64,000 bases of DNA from Lama guanicoe (Eukaryota), in NCBI GenBank assembly GCA_013239625.1, contig MU053881.1, positions 5,417,957 through 5,481,956 on the forward strand. The letters run 5' to 3'. The notes under the pieces are model-generated. The model worked only from the letters and a program-made list of their open reading frames with translations, was not told the origin of the DNA and did no database searches. Shown one piece after another: positions 1-13,185 of this stretch (positions are counted from its first letter, which is position 1; each line of letters begins with the position of its first letter). The position numbers and the translations under genes are program-made.

Positions 1-525
1 TTTCTCCCTGGACTCTGAGTCTTTTCCTCGCTGCACCCCAAGTGCCCAACACAGAGCCAGGCACGGAGCTGACCGATGAGCCAGCCCGGGGAATTCTTAG
101 TGGGGCCGAGGGGGCCGTGGGTAATGATCTCACAGGCATAGACCGAACCAGGTTCACTAAGTCTCAATAATGAACACAACTTGGCAATTCTTAGGGAACA
201 GGATGACCTGCCGTCCATGGAATTCTGGTGACTCTAGGGGTGCGGTTCAGCCTTCAGGTCCCGTGGCTGGAACACCCAGGAAAACAGAATGGTCTCTCCC
301 AGCTCTGAGCCTTCACTGGTCCGGCAGCTGTGGGCATTGAGAAGGGTTTTCATGGAGATCCTAGCCCGGTTCACGCTGCCTTCCCCATTAGTTTGGGTCC
401 CTGAGAAGCTGAACGAAGTGAACTTTGATACATCAAGTCACAGAGTTCGCATAATTCGTTTAAAATGCACGGATAAATGCACTTCTCATGTTCAAAGCTT
501 TCGTTTTGTTATTCTCCCCGTGCAG

Positions 526-601
526 ATGCAGATGTTGGACAAATTTCCCATGGAAGGCGGACAGAAGGATCCCAAACAGCGGATCATTCCCTTTCTCCCG
601 G
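526..601 (+). CDS. SH3PXD2B: SH3PXD2B/TKS4 coding exon (human exon 3 equivalent), PX domain: MQMLDKFPMEGGQKDPKQRIIPFLP(G)
   Basis: Acceptor ttctccccgtgcag|ATG, donor CCG G|gtaggt; 76 nt, phase 0-1; peptide matches the recalled TKS4 PX sequence. Confidence 0.97.
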
Positions 602-869
602 GTAGGTGAGACCCATGCTCTCAGATGGGGCCCCTGGACTCTGAGTACCTTGTCTCCTCCTTTAGACATCGTCCCAGTGACCAGACCTCAGCCATCTGGA
701 GACATCAGTGCTAAGAACGTGGGCTCTGGAGTTAGATGCTACGCGTTTGCTAAGTGTATGACCTTAGGCGAGACCCTTCACCTCCAGGATCCTCAGTTTC
801 TCCTGTCTCTAGAATGGGAATGTTGAGAGCCCCTAAAGTTTGTGTGGTGAGTGGCACCTATTTTGGTGA

Positions 870-1440
870 CTGCTGTGTTTGCTTTCGATTGCTGGTAACC
901 AATTACCGCCAATTTAACAGCTTCGAACAGCACCCATTTATTATCTCACAGCGCTGTTGGTCAGGTAGGCTCAGCTGGGTTCTCTGTTTAGGATCTTAAA
1001 AGACTGAAATCGAGGCTTTGGCTGGACTGAGCACTGATCTGGAGGATGTGGGCAGGAATCCAGTTCCTTGCAGCTCTCGAACCAAGATGCCCATTTCCTT
1101 ACTGGCCATCAGCAGGGGACCCCCTCAGCTTCCAGACACTGCCTGTGTTCCTCATCCATCTCCAGGGTGGCAACAGGGCATTGAATCCTCCCGGTGCTTT
1201 GAATCTCTCTGACTTCCCCTCTGCCACCAGTCAGAGAAGGCTGTCTGCTTTTAAAGGCTCATGTGATTATAGGGTACCCACTTGGCTAATCCAGGATAAT
1301 CTCCCTCTCTTGAAATGAACTGTAGCATATAACATAACATGATCCCAGGATTGAGTTCCCCATATAATCACAGGCTCTGGGATTAAGGTGAGACATCACT
1401 GGGGGACCCTTTTAGAAATTCTGCCTGCCTGCCTCCCACA
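870..1440 (-). mobile_element. MaLR (MLT1-type) solo LTR
   Basis: Typical MLT1 motifs (aattaccgccaatttaacagcttcgaacagcacccatttattatctcacag; taatccaggataatctccc). Confidence 0.7.
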
Positions 1441-1599
1441 GCCATCAAGCACCTTCTGCGTAGGGGAGTTAATGCAACCATGGCTGGTCCCTGCTCTCAA
1501 GACATTCAGTGTTCCTTTCTCCCCAAAAAATTCTTGCCAAAAGAAGCATTAAGGCTTCATCTCAAAAAAAATGGGTTCTCCAAACCAGTTTTATCACTT

Positions 1600-2030
1600 C
1601 AAGTAATAATAGCTCCTGTTTATTAGATGTCTGCTGTGGGCCAGTCTTTGGGCTAAGTCCTTTACATTCATTAGCTCATTTAGTTCTTAGAACAACCCTG
1701 CAAGGCAGACATTACTGTGCCCATTTCACAGATGAGAAAGTTGGGGCTCAGAGAAATTATAATCACTCGCTCAGATGACAGAGATGGGATTCGAACATAG
1801 GTATCACAGGCTACAAAACTCATACCTGAAATCAAACAACCTGGGTTCAAATCCCAGAGCGCTAACTCATCCACTGTTACCTTGGGTAAATCACTTAAGC
1901 ACACAGAGTCTCATTTCTGCATTTGCACGTTGGAGATGATAATGGTACTTAGATGACAGAGTCGTTATGAGTAAGTAAATGCCTGATACGTAACTAGTGA
2001 TGATCAAGCACTTACTATTATCTTTACATA
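1600..2030. mobile_element. Two adjacent MIR SINEs in opposite orientation
   Basis: cccatttcacagatgagaaagttggggctcaga (minus core), then ctgggttcaaatccc...ccttgggtaaatcacttaa (plus core). Confidence 0.7.
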
Positions 2031-5000
2031 CAGATAATCAGCAAATTGACAGTCACCCTAAATCACAGATATTTAGAGCTGGACAGGCTCTTAAATGTTT
2101 TATATTTTGCAGACAAGGAGGCAGGCCCTGAGATGGGGGAGACTCTCTGAGTCACCTAGGAGCCCGTTCTCCGCTCCTCCACTCCAGGATTCTGCAGTCA
2201 GCATGTCAGTGGGATCTTCCAGATCCTGTCATCACTGAGAGAGTTTAGAGGCAGGGTAAATCTGTTTGCCAGGCCCCCATTTCCTGGAAGAATCATTTGC
2301 CTAAAAAAGCTAATGTTTTTAGTCCTGCCACAGGGAGAGTGTGCAGTCACACTGGAAATTTTTTTCCCTGTTGGAGAAAACCCATTGTGGCAGCTGCAAC
2401 AGCCAGATCTCAGCCCACCAAAGCATGTGCTCCGGACTCCAACAGACCCAGCCCTGTCACCTCAAGCATCTCCCCTGGCTCCCCGAGCCTCAGTTTCCAA
2501 ATCTGTAAAATGGGGCGATGATCCCTGCTTCACAAGCTTCTCTCCCTGGCATGTAGAGGCTCTCAGAAAAGGCAGAAAGAGGGTCCTGGGACATTTCTTG
2601 GGAATTTTGGGGCATTTCACACCTTGGAGTCATACTTCACTGATCAGTCTGGATATTCAAGTTGAAATGGGCTCTAAATGTTTATTTTTTCTTCAAGGGA
2701 GGAAAGGAAAGCTGTGAGTTATAACTCTTCGCTGGATGAAAGGCAAAACCAGCTCTGGAAAAACTTCCCAGGACAGGGCAGAACTTGAGCCGACCCTCTC
2801 CCCAGCCCCTGAAAGCTTTCGTGGTTACGTAATCCTTTTCCACCCACGAATTCATGAAAGTCCTGTTCTCAGGGGCTCGCCCCCATTGTCCCTGCTCAGG
2901 ACACCCACTTGTAGCTTGGAGAGGCCCCGCTGGGCCCCAGGACCCCTGGAGCATCCCTTCCCAGCCCACCTCTTAGCTTTTCCTCCAGGCTGAGGCCGAG
3001 GGCAGGGACTGGTGGGAGAGACGTCCCCTCTCCTAGGGGTCAGTTTTCTGCCAAGACTGCCGCGTCAGCAGAACAAAAGCAAGTTTCATGTTAGCACGAA
3101 GGCAGGGGGAGGGGAGAACAGCCCTGTGCAATTTTCCATCCCAGCAAGAGCTGGAGAAGCCAACTTGGCAGAGGATGCGACTTGAAAAATAAGAATTACA
3201 GTTTGGCCTTCGTCCACTATGGAAAACAAAAGCCTGCTGGTTCCCACCAAGGGCTGTTCTCTCCTCTGAGCACCCTTTCCATTCCAGGAAGGCTGGACTG
3301 CAGGGCAGGGCTGGGCTCAGGCTCGCCTGTCCTCCCCTGTCCCCGACTCTCACAGAAACACTCCACCGCAGCTGCCGACGAGGGGCTGCTGCCCCATCCG
3401 CATTTCACCTGGAGGCCCGGCCAAGGAGGTCCTGGCCACACAGTTCTGCCCCACAGCCCGGGGACTGAGCAGTGACTCCAGCGCTGCTCCGGATAAATGA
3501 GTTAGCCCGTCCGAGGCAGGTCTTAAAAAACCAAGTTGGCAGCTGAGGAAAGAACACATGTTCTTCCTTGCAGAGTTTAAGGCAGGATCGTGTAACCCAT
3601 TTTTTAAGTAATTACTCTTTTATAAGCACCTCCAGAGGGCCAAGCCCTGTGCTGGTGCGTCGTAGAGATTATTGCTCTGAGAGATGAGGGCCTCTCTCCC
3701 ATTTTACAGATGTGGAGACTGAGGCTCTGACACGGAAATGCATTTCCCAAGGCAGCATAGGAAGGAAGAGATCCCACTGGAATTGGCCCAGGGCCTCACA
3801 GACTACAGAACTTGTGGTCTCCCTGGCACATGCTTCCCGGCAGGGCATCTGACGTGTGTGCAGGGATCCTGCCCCACTGAGGCCTCAAGGAAGACAAGTG
3901 ACATCCTGTCACAGCCCCAGGAGACACTGAAGGTGCTTGAGTCCTCTGTCCTCTCCCAGCCCCTGCAGGCCGGACCCCGGGCGAATTCTCTTGGGCAGTG
4001 GTTGCTCTGAGATGGGCCTGTGCTGTTCCCGTGGGCCAGTGCTAGCACCATCCCCATTGTAAATATTTGGGTCAAGTCATTAAGAGGCCTGTACGTCCCA
4101 CTCTCCACTCTTCCTCTGATTTGCAGGAGGGAAAATTTTGTACCGAACTAAGACCAAAATCTTTTTGGTAGGGACCCATCTCACATTTTGAGAAATAGCT
4201 TAGAGGGCAGGAAGCATTTGCTGTGCAGGATTTCTCATCACAGGCGTGCGTTTCTTATTTTTCCTGAAGGCTCAGGACTGTCCTGGGGATTCTGAACTGC
4301 GAGTGGTCCCACCCACGGAGGCGGTAATTTGATGATCACAATGACTGGAGCTGGGATGGGGATGGGAAGGCAGCCAGCTTTCTCTGGATTTGAGGCCAGG
4401 GATGCTCAACCTCCTGCAGGGCGGGTGGGGACCACTCCCCCCCCAGGGGAGGACTGCCCCACCTGGAACATCAGCAGGAGCCCTCCCTGAGAAACACGAC
4501 CTGAAGGGAGCGGAGGGGAGGGCAGGCCAACAGAGGGCTCCCACAGAGGCTGCCCCTAAGGAGTGAATGTGGGAATACGACCATCAGTTCTAGGGAGGTA
4601 GGGATGGAAACCCCTTCCCACTTCGCGGCATAATTGGCTTTTTTCTTTCCAAATGACGTGAAATTTTTCCTGATTCCAGAAACAATAAATGTTTATGGTA
4701 GGAACTTTTGGGGAAGGTATAAAGAAGAACACGAAAAGGCTTTGTCTCCCACCCTCAGAACAAGTACCTGGAACTGCGTGATGCATTTTCTTCTAGATTT
4801 TTTTCTCTTCTAACAAGCATGGTGTATCGGAAATTTGACTGACTCATAAACAGAATGAAACTCGTCACTATTATAAAGAAAGGAGAGTCCTTGTTATTAA
4901 GGAATATGAGGAATGTGTATTTCATCTCACTGTGGGGTTTTTTTTTTTAATTGATGGAAATGAACAAAAAAGGACTTTATTACATTGTCCATTCCATATC

Positions 5001-6059
5001 TACCTAACTTCCTGATTGTCCAGGAGCAAGTTGTCTGATTATTTAAGGTTTGACTTTAACCATATGGTCTTTTTGGGTGCAAATCTCTCTCAGCATCTTG
5101 CATTGCAAATCTTTAAACGTCAAGAGGTTTGGGTTGTTTAACCCAATGATGGGTTGTTTCCCATCATTCTTTGCAACTCTGTCCTCTAATGAAAACTCTT
5201 TATGGGCCTTCCCTGCCATCTTGTCTCTGCACACTCAGGCTTGACCTGTGGAGAGCCTGAGTCTCAGGAGAGCCATCTCAGATCAGTGGTTAATCTCTCC
5301 TCGCCCCACCAGCCTCGTAACCCAAATTCTTCTCCATGACCTGCCTCCTCGGACCAGAAGTAGGTGATGGTCTCACTGTCTGGAGAGCTGTGGTCTCCCT
5401 GTGCCTTTCTCGTTGACCCCTAGAGACCTCCTGGTCTCTCTGTGTAAGTCTGGCAGGGGGCTTGTCTCCATCCCCCACCTCTTTGGCCCTCCTTGATGTC
5501 TCATGTCTGATTTCGCTTATTACCTGCTGCCTGTGGGCTGGATCCAGATGGCGTTGCCACGCTGTCTTGATCCCCAGTGCACACACTTAACAGCCACCTC
5601 CCCCTGAGAGCAGCTCCTTTAAGACTCTTGGGAACCCCCTTACTGGCTTTAAACAAACTTCGCCCATAATGTTTCGGCATCTCGGATTTTTCCTGAGCCC
5701 CTCAGTGGTATCATTTATATACTTGTCTTTGCCGGTCACCCACATCCTCTGCCCATATGTCGAACTGGAGGCTCTGGTACCACACCCAGTGCTCAGATGT
5801 CACCAAGCAAGTAGTGGATGGATTTAGTGTTCGGTGAGGTAGGAAGGCTTAGAGCCCTTTGTTACAGACATTGATTGGAGAAGGAACTGGAACTTATTGT
5901 CATCTGCCAAGATCAAACATGAATCCACGTGGTAGGGGCACAGAGTTGACGAAGGCCCAGTCAGTGCCTGTTTGGGCAGACCCCTGTGACTCTTAGGAGG
6001 GAAGAAGTCGTGTAAATCGACAGTGTGATGTGTGTAGTCAGAAAGAAACGGGAACTCTT

Positions 6060-6222
6060 TCTTTGTTTTTTGTCTTTTTTCCAGATTTTTCTTTTTCGTG
6101 GGGGGAGGGCAGGTAATTAGGTTTATTTATTTGTTTATTTAAATGGAGGTACTGAGAATTGAACCCAGGACCTCATGCATGCTGAGCATGCACTCTACCA
6201 CTGAGCTCTACCCTCCTCCCTT
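6060..6222 (-). mobile_element. tRNA-Ala-derived SINE (camelid Vic-1-like)
   Basis: Reverse complement has tRNA A/B boxes, CCTAATTACC tail and A-rich end; TSD aagaaac(g/a)ggaactctt at 6043 and 6223. Confidence 0.9.
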
Positions 6223-6749
6223 AAGAAACAGGAACTCTTAACCCGTTTAAAGTGGGTAAGAGTTTCCTATCGGGAACAGTGGTTGAGCTTGGATGGGTAT
6301 TCCAGACAGAGGGGAAGGCACAGAATTACGAGAGAGCATGGAGTATTGGGGAGACATGAAATGAGAGCAGAGGAGGAAGGGAGGCTGAGCTGTTAGGTTG
6401 GGGCATATCCAAGTGTTTGCTGGACTGCTCACCCAGTCTAAGAATCTCATAGTTGGACAGGGGACCTCAGATCATCAGATCTTTTCCATGGTTTGATTCC
6501 AGCCTCCCTTATCTCACCAAAACTTATCCCCTGAGTCCCGTTCCCTCAAGTGCTTGCATTAGAGCTGTGAACAGGGCTTTGGAGCACCAAGCATGGGGTC
6601 AGTGGACATCCAGCGGGAGGTATTGATGGCAGTCAGAAATTTAGGTACCACTCAGGCCTACCAGAGGCAGCCCCGTCCACACCCTTCCAGGTTGCTGAGA
6701 GCCTGTCCCTGCGCCCTTACAACGTTGTGTGCGCTTTCATCTTCTGCAG

Positions 6750-6826
6750 GCAAAATTCTCTTCCGACGGAGCCACATCCGCGACGTGGCCGTCAAACGCC
6801 TGATACCAATCGATGAATACTGTAAG
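6750..6826 (+). CDS. SH3PXD2B: SH3PXD2B exon 4, PX domain: (G)[25 protein letters not shown]
   Basis: cttctgcag|GC AAA ... TGT AAG|gtaagt; 77 nt, phase 1-0. Confidence 0.97.
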
Positions 6827-7499
6827 GTAAGTCTGAGAAACGCCAACATTTCACATGTCTCATGTCTTCCCTGTGTGTAGTTGTTCTTTTCTCTCCTTCC
6901 TTTCCTTTCCTTTCTTTTTCCTTTTCCATTTCTGTTTCCTTTTTCCTATTGCGGATGCCTATTATGAAAGATCTGCACAGGTGAAAATGTAAAGAAATTA
7001 GAAAAACCAGTCACTCATGATCTCTCAACTCGGAGGCAACAATTATGAAGGTTTTTACATATTTCCTTTCTCTCTCTTCTATCTGCACGCATCTCTTTAT
7101 GGTGTTGAGGCCATCCCACGGTTGCTCTTTTTCTCTCCTTTTTGTTGCTCTTTCTCTCTTCTTTCATGTTGTGTTATAAGAATTCCCCCATGCTATTAAA
7201 AAATCTTCTTGGGCCTACTTTTAATGGCTGCATAGTATTCCATTGTGTGTGAATGTTCTAGGAGTTATACGGCCACCCTCTGTTGTTGGACAATGCAGCT
7301 GGCTTCCAGTCCCTTGAATGTTCTCAAGCATAAGGATCCTGCCTGCCTTTTGGTTATATTTCACTTGATTTGAGGCTGTGGTTGGGAAAGGAGCATATTT
7401 TTCTTTTGTTTAGCTTCCCTTTAGTATTTATTTCTCTAACTTTGAATCACTAGCAGTCTGATTGGAGAAGGGCAAGAATAGCAAAACATGCCTTAAAGA

Positions 7500-9545
7500 T
7501 GGAGCAGTGACTGCTTTCTTCCCTAAGATCAGAAACAAAACATGTACGTTTGTTCTTTTCACTTCTGTTCTACATTTTACCGGAGATGCTAGCTGACGTA
7601 AGCAGACAAGAAAAAGAAATAAAAGGCATATGATTAGCAAGGAAGTAAAACTGCCTTGATTCACAGATGACATGATTCTATTGTAGAAAATCATAAGGGA
7701 TCCACACACAAAAAACCCTGCTAAACTAATAAAAGAGCTTAGGAAGATAACACGCACAAGGCAAATATACAGAAATCAGCTGTATTTCTATACACTAGAG
7801 GTGACCAACCCAAACATGAAATTAAAAAAATAATCCCACTCACAGTAACATCAAGAAGAATAAGATAATTAGGGATACATTTAGTAAAAAGAAGTACAAG
7901 GTTCATACGCTGAAACTATAAATACGTCGCTGAAATAAATTAAAGAAGCCCTGAATTAATAGAGAGACATTCTGTACTCATGGAGTGGAAGACTCAATAG
8001 TGTTAAAGTGTAATTTCTCCCCTAGTTGATCTACAGAGTCAATAAAATTTCCGCCAAAATCTTAGTAGGTTTTTTGTAGAAATTAACAAACAGATCCTAA
8101 AGTGGATGGGAAATGCAAAGGACTCAGAATAGCCAAACCAGTTTTGAAAAAGAAGAACAAAATTGGAGAACAAAATGGTACCTACTTGTTTTCAGAATTT
8201 CCTACAAAGCTGTGATAATCAAGACTGTGGTCCTGGCAGAAGGATAGGCAGATATCCCAGTGGAAGAGAATTCAGAGTCTAGAAGTAAACTCTTACAAAC
8301 TTACAGTCAATTGATTGACAAGGTACCAAGAAACTCAATGGGAAAGGATAGTCTTCTTAACAAATGGTAGGATCATGGGATATCTGAATTCAAAAAAAAA
8401 AAATTGGACGCTGACTTCACACCATCCATAAAAATTCATCTCAATTCAAAAATGAATCATAGACCTAGATATAAGAGCTAAAACTATAGAACTTCTAGAA
8501 GAAAACGTAAGAAGAAAATCTTCGTGACCTTGAATTAGGCAACGAATTCTTACATACAGCACTGAAGGAGAAAAATTGTTAAATTGGACTTCATTAAACA
8601 GACACATTTCTGTGCTTCAAAAGATACCATGAAGAAAATGAAAAGACATGCCACAGATAAGAAAATATTTGTAAATCATATATCTGATAAGGAACTTGTA
8701 TTGAGATTGTATTAAAAAAAACTTACAACTCAACAATAAAAAGACAACTCAGTTTAAAAATAGACAAAAGATTTGAATAGGAACTTCATCCATGAAGACA
8801 TACAATGGTTAATAAGCATGTGAAAAGTTGTACAATGTCATTAATCATTAGGGCATTGCAAAATAAAACCACAGGTGATACGCCTACCCAGCCCCAAGAA
8901 TGGCTGTAATCAGCAAGACCAGGAGTTGGTGAGGATGTGGAGGGACTGGAGCTCTTCATTCTGGTGGGGACATAGTTGGAAAGCCACTTTGGAAAACAGT
9001 TTGGCAGTTTCTTCAAAAGTGAAATTTATCATGACTACTCTCAGGTGTACACTCACAAGAACTGAAAACTTCTGTCCACACAAATGGGATGCAATTGTTC
9101 CTAGCAGCATTAGTTCATAATAGCCTCAGATTGGAAGTAATCCATATGCCCATCATTTGATGAATAGATAAAGAAAGTGTGGCATAGACATACAATAGAA
9201 TAGTATTCGACAGTGATAAATGCTACAGCATGAATGAATCTCAAAATCGTGGTTCTACATGAAAGAAGCCAGATGCAAAAGGCTACAATATTGTATGATT
9301 CCATTGATGTAAAATGTGCAGAAAAGGCAAATTTAGAGAGACAAAAGCAGATCAGTGGTTTCCTGGGCCTTGGGACGGTGGAAATGGAGATTGACTGCAA
9401 ATTAGGTTGGGGAAATTTTTGAGGTGATGGAAAATTTCTAAAACTAGGTTGTGGTGACGGTTGCCCAACTCTATAATTTGAATTTGAATCATTGAATTGT
9501 GTACTTACAATGGGTGAATTTCACGGTACATAAATTATTCTTCAG
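7500..9545 (+). mobile_element. Degenerate LINE-1 (L1M): 3' part of ORF2 plus 3' UTR
   Basis: A-rich L1 ORF2 motifs (cacagatgacatgatt, ggaagactcaata, ctagaagaaaac, atatctgataagg) with many stops/frameshifts. Confidence 0.9.
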
Positions 9546-10689
9546 TCAATCTGTAGGAAAAATTTGGAGGGGGACGGTGTGGAGAGAGGTGCCCCCTCTC
9601 TTGGCAGGAGACGTCATGGAAGGGCAGAAAGTCATTCCTGATGGAGCGCCTGCTGTTTACCAGACATGACCTCCTTTCATCCCTGCAGTAACCTTGAGAA
9701 GTCGGTTTTATTATTCCCACTGTGTCAACGAAGAGATGGAGATCCAGCAGAGTTACTCACAACAACAGTGCTGGAAGGTTTGAGAGACGAACCCGGGCCT
9801 CTTAGGACTCGGCACTTACATACCATGTATAGCTTCTCTAACAAAGTAAAAATTGAAGAGGCTGCAGCATTTCAGCCTGTGTTTCATAGAGGCAGATAAA
9901 CTCACACTCTTCTCTCTCCTAAGGGCCAGTCACTCAGGCACAAAGACACTACTGCTGCCTCCCAGTTCTCAGAGGAAAGTTCAGATCTTCTGCTCTTTGT
10001 CCTTTTCTAAACCTCTAGAGCCTAAAATTCTTTTGTCTGGGCCCTGCTGGCAAGAACTTTGGACCCTTGGGGTCACCTTGGCCAGCCAAGAGTTTCCCAT
10101 GGCACCTTCCCCAGAATCTGTTGTCTCTCAGCCCAGATTGTGCTTTATTGCTTCTGCCCCAGCCCACCCTCTCACCCTGGGCCTCATGAACCCCTGGACA
10201 ATTGATTGGGAAAAAGAAATATAAAATCCTGAAGGGATGAGGGGCAGGAGCAGCTGCCTGCATCTGGCTGTGCTTGGAATGGTCTGGAGATCACAGACTG
10301 ACCTGGATTAACCACAGGGAAGAGACTGCTCAGGTTATGTGAGCCGGTGGGAGTTACCGCCCCCTGCTATTCATGCATCAGAAGAAGCAGATTTTGGGGG
10401 GTTTTGGTTGGCCAGATCCCCTGGGCTTGGCTTCAAAGGAATTGACCTCCTGGCGGGAAATGAAAGCATCCCTTTTGTCACAAGTTCTGCAGAGCCCTTT
10501 AGAGACGGCATAGTCTTTTACATAACATTTGGTCTCTGTCACTGGCATCGTTGTGAGCTGACTTAAGCCAGTTTGACCTATCACAATTAGCCTTATTTTG
10601 GTAGATATTGGTAGTTTCCAGTAGGTAAAGATGGATAGAAGAGGGTAGTCAATGTCCCCAAATCTAGCTACCAGCTGGGAGGAAACTTC

Positions 10690-11150
10690 CTGCACTGCCA
10701 GACCTATTATTAAGTTACAGTAACTAGCATAGTATGGTGTTGGCACAAGGGTAGACAAACCATTGGAACCAAACCAGAAACAGGCCCATGAAAACAAATC
10801 TATGTGTGCATATGCAAGACTGGGACTTTGTGCAGTATGCCAGAAATTGACACATTGTAATTGACAACAAACAAACGAACAAAACCCTCCTAAAAAAGAA
10901 AAGAAAAAAAAACAAAAAAGAGAACTAACCCCTGCCTCACGCCGCACAGGTAACCATTTACAAGTCCATTAAAGACCTGCATGTAAGAGGCCATTAGAAA
11001 AGGTTTTAAAAGATAAAAACAGGAAGATATCTTTGTGACCTCTCGGTGTAGAGGGACTTCTAAAGACACAAAAAGTACCAAGCATAAAAAGAATGACGTA
11101 TTTGACTACATTAAATTTAAGAACTTCTGTTCATCAAAAGACACAATGGA
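10690..11150 (+). mobile_element. Old L1 ORF2 fragment
   Basis: ccagacctattattaagttacagtaact...gtatggtgttggcacaagg; ttaaatttaagaacttctgttcatcaaaagacac. Confidence 0.7.
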
Positions 11151-11481
11151 AACAAGACTCAGCCACAGCCTGCCACACATTGCAGCATCTGTGATCTGTG
11201 ATCAAGCAGATCAAGCATCTGCAGATCTGTGATCAAGCAGCTCCCTAAACAGCCTCTCGTGTTGTTCTGTAAGCTCACTGGAATACCAGCTGTCTGTCTG
11301 ACACCCGTTTGCGTGACATTTTCCCCAAGGGAGACGCAGTGATATCCCAGTGGCAGGCTCAGCTCATCCTAACCGTAGTCTGACAGGAGGGTCTTCACAA
11401 AGAGCTGAACACAGAAGGGTCAGAATCGCAGGCCCAGGGCACCGTTCGGAAGGATGTGTGCTGCCGGACTTGCCGCGTTCC

Positions 11482-11538
11482 GCACACACACACACACGCA
11501 CACGCACACACACACACGCACGCACACACACACACACC
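11482..11538. repeat. Imperfect (CA)n/(CACG)n microsatellite
   Basis: Direct reading. Confidence 0.95.
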
Positions 11539-11907
11539 CATCCATATGAGTGTGTATACTCACGCCAGAGTATTTTAAAAGTAAACTATGTAGGCAGTAT
11601 AATGGCAGTGTTCACCAGATTCACTTGAGAACCCCCCTGAAGATTTTTACCGTATACTACCACCTGTATTATTAATATTTTTCTTTAAATTAGCTCACTT
11701 TTTAAACATCTTAAAAATATATATTAGAGGAAATTTTATAAAATCACAACCATAATGTAAAACTGGTATCACGTGCCATAAAGGTAAAAAATGAAAACAA
11801 TGAAACAGCAACAAAGAATGTTTTGAAATCTAGCCAGCTGCCGTCGCCTCCTCCCGGAGGAAGCTCTGCACAGCCTGGTCGTGCTGTCAGGAAACAAGTT
11901 GATGAAG

Positions 11908-13185
11908 TGCTTTCTTCTAGGAATTGTATAGTTTCAGGTCTTTTGTTTACGTCTTTAATCCATTTTGAGTTGACTTTGGGGGAATGGCATAAGATAAGGG
12001 CTCAATTTCATTCCTGTGCATGTGGATACCCAGTTTTCCCAGGGCAGTTTGATAAAGCGACTGTCCTTTCCTCATTATGTATTCTTGGCGTCTTTGTTGA
12101 AAATCAGTAAACCATATGCATGGATTTATTTCAGGGCTTTTGGCAGTGATCTCATGGATATGATAACAAAAACACAGGCAACAAAAACAAAAATAAACAA
12201 GTGGGAATACTTCAAACTAAACAACTTCTGCACAGCAAAGGAATCAGTCAGCAGAGTAAGAAGGCTATCTACAGTATGGGAGAAAATATTTGCAAACCAT
12301 ATGTCTGATAAGGGGTTGGTCCCCCAAATATATAAGGAACTCATATATCTCAATAGCAGAAGAGCTGATAACCCAATTTTAAAATGATCTAAAGGCTTGA
12401 ATAGACATTCCTCCAGAGAAGATATACAGATGACCTACCAGTATATGAACAGTTGCTCAGTGTCCCTAATCATCAGGCAACTGCAAATCACAACCATACT
12501 ATGATATTGCCTCACCCCTATCAGGATGGCTGTTATCACAAACAAGACAATGGTTTTGGTGAGGGTATGGAGACATTGGAACCCATGCACACTGTTGGTG
12601 GAAATTTTCCACTATGAAAAACAGTATGGAAGTTCCTTAAAAAATTAAAAATAAACCTACCATATAGTCAAGCAATCATATTTCTGGATATTCGACCAGA
12701 GAAATTGAAATCAGAGTCTGGAAGAGGCATTGGCCCTCCCAGGTTCGTTGCGGCACTATTCATAATAGCCAAGATGTCGAAGTAACCTGAATGTGGTCAG
12801 TATATACAGTGGAACAGTATTCAGGCCTTAGGAAGGAAAGAGGAAATTCTGTAATACACGGCAGTATGGATGAACCTTAAGGACCTTATGTGGAGTGAAA
12901 TAAGCCAGTCACAGAAAGATCAAATATTGTGTGATTCCACTACCCCGCGGCATCTTGAATAGTCAGATTCGTAGAATCAAGGATTGAAATGGTGGGGCCG
13001 TGGGGAGGGTAAAATGAGGAGTTACTAATCACCAGGCGTGACGTTTCAGTCAAGCAAGATGGATAGTTCTTGAGACCTGCTGTGCGCCAGCCAGCCATAC
13101 TGCGTCATGCACTTAAAACTGGTTCAGAGTGCAGGTCTCGTGTTAAATGCTTTTAACACAGTAAACTAGAATTTTAAAAATATAA
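11908..13185 (+). mobile_element. 5'-truncated L1 with 5' inversion (11908..12138 antisense; 12139..13185 sense)
   Basis: Abrupt T-rich to A-rich switch at 12138/9; ORF 12016..12387 shows L1 ORF2 peptide (KTKINKWEYFKLNNFCTAKE). Confidence 0.85.

Noticed and set aside
12016..12387. 123-aa ORF with L1 ORF2-like peptide
   Set aside because: Fragment spanning the inversion junction of a dead L1
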